Positions 8,008-17,445 of a stretch of DNA of 64,000 nucleotides are shown here, piece after piece. Made by a program: the position numbers and the translations under genes. Each line of letters starts with the position of its first letter. The first letter of the stretch is position 1. Source of the stretch: Candidatus Multiplicimicrobium inquinatum (GTDB taxonomy: Bacteria; Omnitrophota; Omnitrophia; Omnitrophales; Aquincolibacteriaceae). The DNA lies in contig DDUN01000003.1 of NCBI GenBank assembly GCA_002344825.1, forward strand, positions 1,775 to 65,774. The letters run 5' to 3'. Under the pieces are notes generated by a model. It did no database searches. It was given only the letters and a program-made list of their open reading frames with translations, and had not been told where the DNA came from.

Positions 8008-8217
8008 TTATGGTCTATAGTCTAGTGCTCGGATGCGTGCCAAGGCTTCGATGACATTTTCACGAAAACCGAAAGCGTTTAAGCGAAAATAGTTTTCTCT
8101 GTGGGGGCCGAATCCCGCTCCCGGAGTTCCTGCAATGTTGGTCTTGCATCTAAGTTTTTTTAAATCAATTAAAAAGTATGATGTTTTTGCGCACCGATAA
8201 CGTTTGTGTATGGTCAA
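8008..8217 (-). pseudogene. Decayed C-terminal fragment (~65 aa) of an LL-diaminopimelate aminotransferase paralog
   Basis: Translation …[39 protein letters not shown] aligns with the C-terminus of the intact dapL at 11712-12941 (…[39 protein letters not shown]). No upstream coding continuation is present. Confidence 0.7.
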
Positions 8218-8336
8218 GAGGGCGCTCAGATTTTAAATTGCCGTTCAATTACTTAAAAATATTGTTGTTCTTGACCTGTTAGGTGGGGGCCATATGCCTA
8301 ATCAGGCTTATCACAAATAAGTTTGTTGCATCAAAG

Positions 8337-8352
8337 TGATACTATAGTATCA
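8337..8352. promoter_or_regulatory. Perfect 16-bp palindrome tgatactatagtatca, 8 nt upstream of the 8360 start codon
   Basis: Read directly from the sequence. It overlaps the expected RBS/-10 region of the small membrane-protein gene, so it is a candidate operator. Confidence 0.45.
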
Positions 8353-8359
8353 TTACAAT

Positions 8360-8590
8360 ATGTTTAAAATAAAATCTGCTACCCTTGTTATTTGCGTACT
8401 TGTTTTCTTCTTGAATTTGTCTTTGTGTGATATGGCCTTTGCGTATATTGATCCTGGAGCTGGGAGCGCTTTATTTCAGCTTATTATAGCTGGTCTTGCC
8501 GGCCTTTTATGGATAGTTAAGGTTTATTGGCAGAAAATTATAAGTTTTTTTTCTAGGAAAAAAAACGGCAAGAAAACGCCTCCCCAATAA
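8360..8590 (+). CDS. Small membrane protein (76 aa, two predicted TM helices) of unknown function
   Basis: Two hydrophobic segments and a basic C-terminal tail (RKKNGKKTPPQ). No recognisable family. Confidence 0.4.
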   Translation: MFKIKSATLVICVLVFFLNLSLCDMAFAYIDPGAGSALFQLIIAGLAGLLWIVKVYWQKIISFFSRKKNGKKTPPQ

Positions 8591-8600
8591 TCTGTTATTT

Positions 8601-9983
8601 ATGGATCAAAAAAAGATTTTGATCGCCCCGCTTTCCTCGTCTTTTCGTGATCCCGCAGGTTTTGTGTTTAAGGCTTCTCAAGGTATTCAGCGTGCCGTAA
8701 CACATTATGGCCGTGCTTATTACGATGTTCTCATGCAGTCTCCTCTTTATGAGGAGTTGGTTCAGAAAAAATGGCTTGTGGCACACCGTGAGGTTAAAAA
8801 TGAAGACGGGAATTTCTATAAGATTTTAGAGCCTAAGCAAATTCCCGTCATTACCTATCCGCATGAATGGAGTTTTTCTCAGTTTAAAGATGCGGCTCTT
8901 TTAACACTGAAGATACAGCTTCGTGCGATGGATTTGGGACTGAGTCTGCGTGACGCGACACCGTACAATATTCAGTTCGTAGGAACGGATCCCATTCATA
9001 TCGATACGCTTTCATTTGAGAAATTAATTAACCAGCCTTGGAAAGCGTATAAACAATTTTGCGAAATGTTTTTAGCTCCGCTGGCTCTCATGTCCGAAAG
9101 ATCGCTGAATTTTAATAAGTATATGGCGGTAGACTTAAATGGCATGGATTTACTTTTATCAAGCCGGCTTCTTCCGTGTCTTTCTTGGCTTAATCCGATA
9201 TATCTGATACATTTACATTTACACGCATTGAGTCAAAAAAAATATGCTGATTCATCTCATGACACCAAAAATATAAGCATGTCTCCGCAGCGTCTCAAGA
9301 TGTTAATTCACGGGTTATTTGATGGTGTTCAGTCCATAAGGCTTCGCAATCATAAGACAGAGTGGAGCCATTATTATGAGTCTCAAACTCATTACGGCGA
9401 AGATGCGCATAATTTTAAAGCCGATCAAATTAAGCGTTGGATTCTTGATATAGCGCCGAAGCAAACTTTAGATTTGGGGGGCAATGACGGCAAATTCAGC
9501 CGTATTGCTTCCGAATTGGGATCTTATACGCTGTGCGTGGATTTGGATGCGAATTGTATTGAAAGAAACTATCTCAGCTCAAAAACAAATGGAGATAGAA
9601 ATATGCTCCCTGTTTTTCTCGATTTGTCAAAACCTTCTCCACAAATTGGCTGGAGTTGCACAGAGCGGGATAGCTTTTTTAACAGGGTTGCGCCAGATTT
9701 AACCATGGCCCTTGCCTTGATCCATCACCTCAGAATCAGCTTATCCGTTCCACTTGATCTAATTGCATTGTTTTTTAGCAAAATCAAAGGTTATCTTATT
9801 ATTGAGTTTGTGCCGAAAGATGATCCCATGGTTCAAAAACTGTTACTTACACGTGAAGATATATTTTGGGATTATTCAGAAGAGAATTTTAAAAAGTGCT
9901 TTGGTCAGTATTTTCGATTTGTTGAGCAGGTCCAGATTCCTGGGACAAACCGCAATCTCTGTTTGCTTCAATCCAATTCATGA
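8601..9983 (+). CDS. Two-domain protein: N-terminal protein-kinase-like fold (LPS/Kdo-kinase or APH-like) fused to a C-terminal class I SAM-dependent methyltransferase
   Basis: Catalytic-loop-like LSLRDATPYNIQF (compare HRDxxPxNI) followed by IHIDT (DFG-like). C-terminal methyltransferase motif I LDLGGNDGKF…CVDLD. Confidence 0.45.
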   Translation: MDQKKILIAPLSSSFRDPAGFVFKASQGIQRAVTHYGRAYYDVLMQSPLYEELVQKKWLVAHREVKNEDGNFYKILEPKQIPVITYPHEWSFSQFKDAALLTLKIQLRAMDLGLSLRDATPYNIQFVGTDPIHIDTLSFEKLINQPWKAYKQFCEMFLAPLALMSERSLNFNKYMAVDLNGMDLLLSSRLLPCLSWLNPIYLIHLHLHALSQKKYADSSHDTKNISMSPQRLKMLIHGLFDGVQSIRLRNHKTEWSHYYESQTHYGEDAHNFKADQIKRWILDIAPKQTLDLGGNDGKFSRIASELGSYTLCVDLDANCIERNYLSSKTNGDRNMLPVFLDLSKPSPQIGWSCTERDSFFNRVAPDLTMALALIHHLRISLSVPLDLIALFFSKIKGYLIIEFVPKDDPMVQKLLLTREDIFWDYSEENFKKCFGQYFRFVEQVQIPGTNRNLCLLQSNS

Positions 9984-11551
9984 AGCTATCGTTTAAAGAT
10001 CATCCGGTTTTATATCCTTTTTTATTTTCAATTTACTCTCCGTTGTTCATTTTTTCAAATAATGCAAGCGTAATAAGCCTCGGTTTATTTTTTGAAATCT
10101 TAATGGTTGTTTGTGCTGGCGTTACTGTTTTGTATTTGATCCTGAAACAACTCCTAAAAGATTCTCATCGCGCCGGATTTTTTTTTATTGTGATTTTGGC
10201 TTTTTTTATGCTGTATGACAATTTATTCGATTTTGGGATCGGCTATAAAATCGGCGCTTTTCTTGTTTGGCGCCACAAGTATATCCTCCCGGCTTGGACG
10301 CTTATCTTTTTTTTATTCGCCTACTGGTTTCTGATTAAAAAAGTAAAGGTTTCACCAAATTTGACTGGAATTTTAAATGTGGTAGGTCTTGTTCTTGTTT
10401 TGTTGAGCGTATTCAACACTGTTCTTTCGCTGAATGATAAAAGCATACAGAGGAAAGAGGTGGCTGACCCTAAAATAATCCGATCAGAGAGAGGGGTTGT
10501 CGCTGAATCAAGCAATCCCGATATTTATTATATTATTTTAGATATGTATGGCGGGAATGAGGTTCTGCTAGATTATTTTAATTATGACAATACGGATTTT
10601 TATGCTCAGCTCAGAAATCGGGGTTTTTTTGTCGCGGACCGCAGTGTTAGCAATTATGACATTACGCGGCGATCGCTTCCGTCATCTCTCAATATGCGGT
10701 ATCTTGATTTGGAGAACGATTCACAAGATCAAAGTGATTATGCTGATTGGCATAGCGAACTGGTAAAGAACAGTGAGGTTTCTCGTTTTTTAAGAGCGAA
10801 AGGTTACCGATATATCAATGTTGGTTTTAAAAATGAGTATGCCGATGAAAATTATTTTGCCTCTGCGCGTGAAGCAAATGCTTTTGAAAGGTATATTTAT
10901 TACAAAAGTTTATTGGAGCGAACCTTGTTTAAGTATCCGTTTGGATTGTATAGCCCGTCTATCGGAGCAAGTTATCGGAATTCGATCAGTTATCAGTTTA
11001 ATGTTATGCGTGATATCGCCCGATTGGAAGGGCCTAATTTTGTTTACAATCATATTATTTCGCCGCATTGGCCGTATGTGTTTGATAAAAACTGTGAGCC
11101 CACATCTGTATTAAAATCTATCCGTATGGGACAGGGCAAAATGTATACGGACCAGATCCAGTGCGTGAACATTAAAACCCTTGAAGCCATCGATGCGATT
11201 CTTAAGGAGAAAAAGGGAAATGTTGTCATTCTGATTCAGGGGGATCATGGACCCGGCTTCGGATCGGCATCAGATTTTCGCCTGAATCCGGAATGGGTCA
11301 AGCAAAGACATATGATTTTAAACGCGTATTTTTTCCCGCAGGGAAAAATAAGCGAACAGCTTTATGGAGGAATCAGTCCGGTCAACTCATTTAGAGTTGT
11401 CTTTAATGAACTATTTAATCAGAACTTGGAGTTATTTCCCGATAAGGCATTTGCTTTTGAGAATAGCAGGCTTATTGATGTTACAAGCTTGATTCAAAAA
11501 CATGCTAGTAAGCAGAATCAAAGAAGTGTTAGTGATTTAAATCAACCCTAA
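9980..11551 (+). CDS. Membrane-anchored sulfatase/alkaline-phosphatase-superfamily enzyme (LtaS/EptA/OpgB-like phospho-transferase)
   Basis: Five N-terminal TM helices, then a soluble domain containing ILIQGDHGP (the Asp-His metal-ligand pair of the sulfatase family) and an IYYIILDMYGG N-terminal core motif. Confidence 0.5.
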   Translation: MKLSFKDHPVLYPFLFSIYSPLFIFSNNASVISLGLFFEILMVVCAGVTVLYLILKQLLKDSHRAGFFFIVILAFFMLYDNLFDFGIGYKIGAFLVWRHKYILPAWTLIFFLFAYWFLIKKVKVSPNLTGILNVVGLVLVLLSVFNTVLSLNDKSIQRKEVADPKIIRSERGVVAESSNPDIYYIILDMYGGNEVLLDYFNYDNTDFYAQLRNRGFFVADRSVSNYDITRRSLPSSLNMRYLDLENDSQDQSDYADWHSELVKNSEVSRFLRAKGYRYINVGFKNEYADENYFASAREANAFERYIYYKSLLERTLFKYPFGLYSPSIGASYRNSISYQFNVMRDIARLEGPNFVYNHIISPHWPYVFDKNCEPTSVLKSIRMGQGKMYTDQIQCVNIKTLEAIDAILKEKKGNVVILIQGDHGPGFGSASDFRLNPEWVKQRHMILNAYFFPQGKISEQLYGGISPVNSFRVVFNELFNQNLELFPDKAFAFENSRLIDVTSLIQKHASKQNQRSVSDLNQP

Positions 11552-11711
11552 TATTTCGAAAAATTAAATCCCTGAATCGCCACACGCATGAGATTGCGGT
11601 GACGTTCTTGAATTTTGTACATATTGGTATGTTGTGCTTAATAAGAAAGGTGAGTGGTGCGTTATTCCTTTCATGCCCACCGCAGCCTGCTACCGCATCG
11701 GTTGAGACGAG

Positions 11712-12941
11712 CTAAAACGGTAACTTTTGAACGCGGGCAATGGCCTCGATGACGTTATCTCTGAAACCAAAAGCACTTAAACGGAAATAGCCCTCTCCAC
11801 TTGGGCCAAAACCAGATCCGGGGGTTCCTACGATATTTGCTTTTTCGAGTAGTAAATCAAAAAAGTCCCAAGACTTCATATTGTTAGGTGTTTTGAGCCA
11901 AACATAAGGCGCATGTATGCCGCCGAAGGTTTCAATGCCGGCTGATTGCAAGCCCTCGAGAATAAGTTTGGCATTTTCCATATAGTAAGAAATCATTTCT
12001 TTAACTTCTTTTTTACCGGCATTACTGTAAACAGCTTCGGCACCGCGCTGAATCGGATAAGACACCCCATTAAATTTGGTGGCATGGCGGCGATTCCAAA
12101 GACTATGAACAGATACTTTTTCACCTTTTTCATTTTTTGCGAACAAATCTTTTGGAATTACCGTAAAGGCACAGCGGGTTCCGGTGAATCCGGCTGTTTT
12201 CGAGAAGCTGCGGAATTCAATTGCCACTTCGTGCGCGCCTTCAATTTCAAAGATAGAGTGTGGCAAAGAATTGTCGGAAATAAAAGCTTCATAAGCTGCA
12301 TCAAAAAGAATGATGGCATCGTTTTTCTTCGCGAAATCAACCCAGCTCTGCAGGTCCTTGCGGTCAAGTACCGTGCCTGTCGGATTGGCAGGCGAACAAA
12401 GATAAATTAAATCCACTTTTTCTTTCGGAAAAGCCGGCTTGAAATTATTTTCAGCTGTGGCGGGCATATAAACAAAGCCCTCGTACTTACCATCTTTAAA
12501 AGAGCCACTGCGTCCTGCCATGACATTTGTGTCGACATAGACGGGATAAACGGGATCAACCACGGCAATTTTTGAATCAAGGCTGAATATCTCCTGAATA
12601 TTTCCGCAATCGCACTTAGAGCCATCCGAGACAAAAATTTCATCCGCATCAACTTTTGCTCCACGAGATTGAAAGTCGGTTTTAGCGATTGCCTCTCTGA
12701 GAAAGTCGTAGCCTTGTTCCGGGCCATATCCTCGAAAAGTTTTAGCATCGCCCATTTCATCCGTTGCTTTTTTAATCGCATCACGAATCGAGGTGGGGAG
12801 CGGAAGAACGACATCACCTATACCAAGACGAATAATTTTAGCTTGTGGGTTTTTGGCGGAGAATTCTTTTACCCGACGTCCAATTTCGGGAAAAAGATAG
12901 CCAGCCTGCAGTTTTTGGTAGTGAGAGTTGATTTTTGTCAC
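11712..12941 (-). CDS. dapL: LL-diaminopimelate aminotransferase (DapL type)
   Basis: N-terminus [24 protein letters not shown] matches the DapL signature start. PLP-aminotransferase motifs [11 protein letters not shown] and [12 protein letters not shown] are present. Confidence 0.8.
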   Translation of the reverse strand: MTKINSHYQKLQAGYLFPEIGRRVKEFSAKNPQAKIIRLGIGDVVLPLPTSIRDAIKKATDEMGDAKTFRGYGPEQGYDFLREAIAKTDFQSRGAKVDADEIFVSDGSKCDCGNIQEIFSLDSKIAVVDPVYPVYVDTNVMAGRSGSFKDGKYEGFVYMPATAENNFKPAFPKEKVDLIYLCSPANPTGTVLDRKDLQSWVDFAKKNDAIILFDAAYEAFISDNSLPHSIFEIEGAHEVAIEFRSFSKTAGFTGTRCAFTVIPKDLFAKNEKGEKVSVHSLWNRRHATKFNGVSYPIQRGAEAVYSNAGKKEVKEMISYYMENAKLILEGLQSAGIETFGGIHAPYVWLKTPNNMKSWDFFDLLLEKANIVGTPGSGFGPSGEGYFRLSAFGFRDNVIEAIARVQKLPF

Positions 12942-13119
12942 GAGAAGGGTCTCCTGAATTAATTAGTAATGCCGATAAAAACCGAAGTGGAATTATACTT
13001 TATTCAATATGTCTAACCACGCATATTTACAGCTGGTCACATCAAAATAATAAATTATATTGATAAAGATATCTAATTATGACAAATTATAGCTAAATAA
13101 AACAGCAATAATCAAGAAG

Positions 13120-14943
13120 ATGAAAAAATTAAAACAGTTTGTAGTCAATTTAAAGAGGCTTCGCCTTTTTCTCAAAAAGCTTGATTTAGAACCTGCGCAT
13201 CTTTTTTTTCCCTCCGTGCTTTCTTTGGGCGCAGCGCTACTTGAAGGGGGGGCGTTTGCCTTGTTGGTGCCAACCATGCGCGGGATTATCGAGGCAAATT
13301 ATCAATTTGCATATTCTGCTTCTGGTTTAGGTTGGGTGTTTCAGATATTTCCCCAGTTATTTTTAAATAACAACACGGCTATATTTATTTTCTTGGTTGC
13401 GCTTATTCTTGTTTTTATTATTATGAAAAATGTATTTGCTTACTCGGCAGCAGTGCTTATTTCCCATCGCATGTGGCGTTTTAACCACCAACTACGCTGC
13501 TTGATTTTTAATGCGTATGTTGGTTTTCGAAAAAGTTTTTTTGATAAAAACAGCGTTGGAAATTTACAAAATATTCTTACTGGTTATACCGAGCAAATTG
13601 CTGTTCAATTTAAACTATTTCAGAATGTGTTGTTCCATTTTTTTGCGCTTATTTCTTATCTAATTATTATGGTGTTTATCTCATGGCGCGTTGCGCTTTT
13701 TACCATAACGCTATTACCAATTATAATTTTTTCATTTAAAAAGTTGATTGGTCAAATTAAATTAAACTCTAATCAATTTGCGATACATTTTTCTGAGTTG
13801 GGAAAAAAAATTCTTAACTCGCTTTCGTGTATGCCGCTTATCAAGGCATCGAGTTCCGAGGAAAAAGAGAGAAAATGGTTTGAACGCACAAGCGATGAGG
13901 TGCGCAAACAGCAGATTAATATGGATGTAAGAATCTTATTAATTCCTCCCATGCAGGAAGTTTTTTTTGTTGTTTTATTATTTGTGTTAACAGGCTTTGT
14001 TGCGTATTTGTCAATCCACAGTCAGGATGGAAGTATCGCAGGGTATCTTGTGTTTTTCGTTATAGCAAGGAGGGCCATGAATAGCATTGGGCAACTTACT
14101 GTTTTTCAAGCGAATCTTGCATCAATTGCTGGGCCCTTAAGGCAAATCATGAAGATTTTTGAAGAAAGAAAAATAAATGAAGAAATTAGTGGCGGGGAGA
14201 TATTTGTTCGTTTTGACGACAGAGTGATAATTAGAAATCTTACTTTTTTTTACCATGAGCGAGACGTGCTCAGAGATGTTTCATTTGAGGTTAAGAAGAA
14301 TGAAATGATTGCCATTGTGGGAAAGACAGGCTCTGGCAAATCGACCTTAGCACAGCTTTTTATGCGTTTCTACGAACCGCCAAGAGGAACCATTTTTATA
14401 GATGGAAAAGATATTTTTGATCTGCAAATAGCATCTTGGAGAAAAAAAATTGCGTTTATTACGCAAGACAATTACCTGTTTGATGCCAGTTTTGAAGTTA
14501 ATGTGAAATACGGATGTGAGCCTGAGCCGTTAAAGGCAGAAATCTTAGATGCTTTGGAGAAAGCGCAGCTCAGTGGGCTTTTAAGCAAGCTTCCGCAGGG
14601 GCTTGCAACCGAGATTGGAGAGCGCGGTATCCAGCTTTCTGGTGGTGAAAGACAGCGCTTGTCTTTGGCGCGCGCTATTTTGAGAAAGCCAGAAATTCTT
14701 ATTTTGGATGAAGCCACAAGTGCTCTTGATTCTCAAACAGAACAATTGGTTCAGCGGGCTATTCTTGAAACTGTGAAAGGCAAAACGTCGATTGTGATAG
14801 CTCATCGACTTTCCACGATAAAGAATGCCGATAAAATCATTTTGCTGGAGGAAGGTAGGATTGTAGAGCAAGGCTCTTTTGATGAGTTGATTGCCTTGAA
14901 TGGGCGGTTTAAGTCATATTGGATGCTGCAAGAGCAGGGATAG
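13120..14943 (+). CDS. ABC exporter with fused permease and ATPase (MsbA/lipid-polysaccharide exporter-like)
   Basis: Six-TM N-terminal half; Walker A GKTGSGKST, signature LSGGERQRLSLARAIL, Walker B ILILDEATSALD. It is the first gene of the polysaccharide locus. Confidence 0.85.
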   Translation: MKKLKQFVVNLKRLRLFLKKLDLEPAHLFFPSVLSLGAALLEGGAFALLVPTMRGIIEANYQFAYSASGLGWVFQIFPQLFLNNNTAIFIFLVALILVFIIMKNVFAYSAAVLISHRMWRFNHQLRCLIFNAYVGFRKSFFDKNSVGNLQNILTGYTEQIAVQFKLFQNVLFHFFALISYLIIMVFISWRVALFTITLLPIIIFSFKKLIGQIKLNSNQFAIHFSELGKKILNSLSCMPLIKASSSEEKERKWFERTSDEVRKQQINMDVRILLIPPMQEVFFVVLLFVLTGFVAYLSIHSQDGSIAGYLVFFVIARRAMNSIGQLTVFQANLASIAGPLRQIMKIFEERKINEEISGGEIFVRFDDRVIIRNLTFFYHERDVLRDVSFEVKKNEMIAIVGKTGSGKSTLAQLFMRFYEPPRGTIFIDGKDIFDLQIASWRKKIAFITQDNYLFDASFEVNVKYGCEPEPLKAEILDALEKAQLSGLLSKLPQGLATEIGERGIQLSGGERQRLSLARAILRKPEILILDEATSALDSQTEQLVQRAILETVKGKTSIVIAHRLSTIKNADKIILLEEGRIVEQGSFDELIALNGRFKSYWMLQEQG

Positions 14944-14990
14944 GGATGGGTTTTGTGCCTCTAAAGATATTGTAAAAATACGGATGACTA

Positions 14991-15560
14991 GTGATGCCGA
15001 TTTGTAGGTTTTGGATTATGGCGGGAAATAGATTAGAGTCCTATTTTGCAACACTTATAGTGCGAGTGCGTTTTTATGGGTGTATTCATGCAAAAGGGAA
15101 GGTAGAGTTTGGCTTCGGGGTCCATTTTATTCCGTTTAATGCAAATAAGTTTTTAAGTGTTGTTTTTGATGGAGGTAATCGAATTGGAAATGGGACTGTA
15201 TTCCAAGGTACCGGTCAGATGACATGGGGAAAGAATTCTTACTGCAGAGGATATTGTGTTTTTGGCACTAATGAAAAAATTGAAATTGGCGCAAATGTTA
15301 TGATAGCTGATGCGGTTTCAATAAGAGACACAGATCATGTTTTCAGCGATATTTCCCGCCCATCTATGGTTCAGGGAATAAAAACAGCCCCCGTTATTAT
15401 TGAAGACAATGCTTGGATAGGGCATGGTGCCGTTGTGCTAAAAGGGGTTCGCATAGGTAGGGGTGCTGTTGTTGGGGCTGGTGCAGTCGTGACTAAAAAT
15501 GTCAAACCCTATGATGTCGTTGCAGGCATTCCAGCAAGAATTATTAGTAAAAGGACTTAG
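14991..15560 (+). CDS. Hexapeptide-repeat (left-handed beta-helix) sugar O-acetyltransferase
   Basis: C-terminal hexapeptide repeats IGANVMIADAVSI…IGHGAVVLKGVRIGRGAVVGAGAVVTKNV…VVAGIPARI. The true start is probably internal to the longest ORF. Confidence 0.75.
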   Translation: MMPICRFWIMAGNRLESYFATLIVRVRFYGCIHAKGKVEFGFGVHFIPFNANKFLSVVFDGGNRIGNGTVFQGTGQMTWGKNSYCRGYCVFGTNEKIEIGANVMIADAVSIRDTDHVFSDISRPSMVQGIKTAPVIIEDNAWIGHGAVVLKGVRIGRGAVVGAGAVVTKNVKPYDVVAGIPARIISKRT

Positions 15561-15569
15561 CTGATTTAA

Positions 15570-16457
15570 ATGGTGAAGCCTTCTTTTTTTGTGGTGGGCA
15601 CGCAAAAAGCCGGGACCACTACTCTTCATGAGATATTGAGACAGCACCCACAAATTTTTTTACCCAAAACTAAAGAGGCGCACTTTTTTGATTTTGACGA
15701 TACATTTACAAAAGGATTTGACTGGTGGGTAGAGACATTTTTCAAGGAATGTAATTCGGGAAAAATAGCTGGTGCAATTACACCCGAATATCTTTTTTAT
15801 CCGGAAGTGCCCTTGAGGATTAAAGAGATGTTAGGGGTAGATGTGAAAATTATTATAATTCTTCGCAATCCTGTTGATCGGGCATTTTCACACTATCTAA
15901 TGACAAAAAGACGGGGGCTTGAAGCTTTAAGTTTTGATCAGGCTGTGGCAAAAGAGGCTGAAAGGTTGAAGGCGGGAAGAGACTTTGAAAGAGTGCATTA
16001 CAGCTATTTCTCTCGTGGTTTGTATGCTAAGCAAGTAAAACGCTATCTTGATTTGTTTGGTGCGAAAAATGTATTAATTTTGAAATTCGAGGAAGATTTC
16101 TTGAAAGATAAATTAGCCACAATCGAAAAAATTTTGCGATTTCTGAATGTCTCGGTTATTCAATTAGATGTTGCAAAGAAAAGTAATTCCGCGTCGCGAC
16201 CAAGAATGCCTGCGTTGAGCAGGTTTTTGTATTCAAGGAACTGGTTTAAAGAAAAAATTAAAAGAATTATTGTGTCGAAGGGGATAAGAAAAGAAATAAA
16301 GAATGTGTTAGTGTTTTTAGATCGTTTGAACCAGACAAAGACGAGATTAGAATATTTAACGTTGTATCAGAGAAAAAAGTATCTAAAATTATTCCACGAA
16401 GACATTAAGAAGTTAAGCCTGTTGACAGCGATGTCGTTTCAAGAGTGGTATGAATAG
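15570..16457 (+). CDS. Sulfotransferase (PAPS-dependent)
   Basis: 5'-PSB motif VVGTQKAGTTTL and 3'-PB motif ILRNPVDRAFSHY. Confidence 0.8.
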   Translation: MVKPSFFVVGTQKAGTTTLHEILRQHPQIFLPKTKEAHFFDFDDTFTKGFDWWVETFFKECNSGKIAGAITPEYLFYPEVPLRIKEMLGVDVKIIIILRNPVDRAFSHYLMTKRRGLEALSFDQAVAKEAERLKAGRDFERVHYSYFSRGLYAKQVKRYLDLFGAKNVLILKFEEDFLKDKLATIEKILRFLNVSVIQLDVAKKSNSASRPRMPALSRFLYSRNWFKEKIKRIIVSKGIRKEIKNVLVFLDRLNQTKTRLEYLTLYQRKKYLKLFHEDIKKLSLLTAMSFQEWYE

Positions 16458-17442
16458 TTTGCTCAATCAAGGTTTTTTAGAGAAGCGTATTGCGATTGTT
16501 ATTCTTAATTATAATAGCGCAAAAGATTTAAAAATATTTTTAGCTCAATTAATTAGCCAAAGGGGGGCGTTTCTTTCTTTTGTGATAGTAGATAATGCAT
16601 CGCAGAAAGATTCTGTCGAAAGTTTTCAGTCTTGGCTTGCAAGCTGGCGACCCGATGCTTTTTGCGGGACACCCCGTCAGGCTGAAGAATGGATAATGCA
16701 GTACCCACAAATTGCCAGCAGAGATAAAAATATTTTTTTTATAAAAAATAGTGAAAACCGAGGTTTTTCTGCCGGAAATAATATTGGAATTCGGGTGGCA
16801 GAGAAATTAAATGTCGATGCTGTGCTAATCACCAATCCCGATATTTGTATTGAAGGCAGTGAGTGCGTGGCTGATTTGGGACGCCAGCTTTTTTCTAGCG
16901 CCGAATTTTGTGTGGCAGTACCTCGTGTTTTATATTTTGGGAAGGACCAAAATCCTCGTTGGGAGCCAACGACCTTCTGGGAGGAGTTGTTTTGGTTGTC
17001 GCCATTTCCATTTGCCAAAATAAGGCGATCTGATTTAACTGAAAACTTGAAGCCTCATGAAATTGACCAGTTTGCGGGTTGTTTCTTCATGGTAAAACTA
17101 GATTTTTTAAGGAAAATAAATTATTTAGATGAAAGGTTTTTTCTTTATCGAGAAGAAGCTATGCTGTCAGTAAGGGCCAAAACAAACGAACAAAAAATAC
17201 TGTATGTCCCTCAGGTTTGTGTCAAGCATGAAAGCATCCACTCAGATCAAAAGTCCCATCTATTTTTGCGGCAGTACCATTTGCTTCGAAGTAAAAAAAT
17301 ATTCCTAGAAAACCACACAGCATTTGGAGCGCTCGGGCGTTTCTTGATTTTGTTTTTTAATGCACTTTGGGCGTTATGGCCTATTTTTAAAAATATTTTC
17401 TTAAAAAGAACCAGAAAAAATGAGAAGCGTAGGCAAGGCTAA
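16450..17442 (+). CDS. Glycosyltransferase family 2
   Basis: IAIVILNYNSAKD…VDNASQKD N-terminal GT-A motifs; the C-terminal region contains GCFFMV. Confidence 0.75.
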   Translation: MNSLLNQGFLEKRIAIVILNYNSAKDLKIFLAQLISQRGAFLSFVIVDNASQKDSVESFQSWLASWRPDAFCGTPRQAEEWIMQYPQIASRDKNIFFIKNSENRGFSAGNNIGIRVAEKLNVDAVLITNPDICIEGSECVADLGRQLFSSAEFCVAVPRVLYFGKDQNPRWEPTTFWEELFWLSPFPFAKIRRSDLTENLKPHEIDQFAGCFFMVKLDFLRKINYLDERFFLYREEAMLSVRAKTNEQKILYVPQVCVKHESIHSDQKSHLFLRQYHLLRSKKIFLENHTAFGALGRFLILFFNALWALWPIFKNIFLKRTRKNEKRRQG

Positions 17443-17445
17443 ACG

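Noticed and set aside
11552-11711. Near match to the ops/JUMPstart core (tgcggtagc on the minus strand, ~11683-11692)
   Set aside because: It is one base off the GGCGGTAG consensus and lies downstream of two convergent genes, not in the leader of the polysaccharide operon (which starts at 13120). It is probably chance.
11946-12817. Antisense ORFs 11946-12410 (plus), 12158-12367 (minus), 12407-12817 (minus) and 12669-12962 (plus) within dapL
   Set aside because: They are nested in or antisense to a high-confidence aminotransferase gene and have no motifs.
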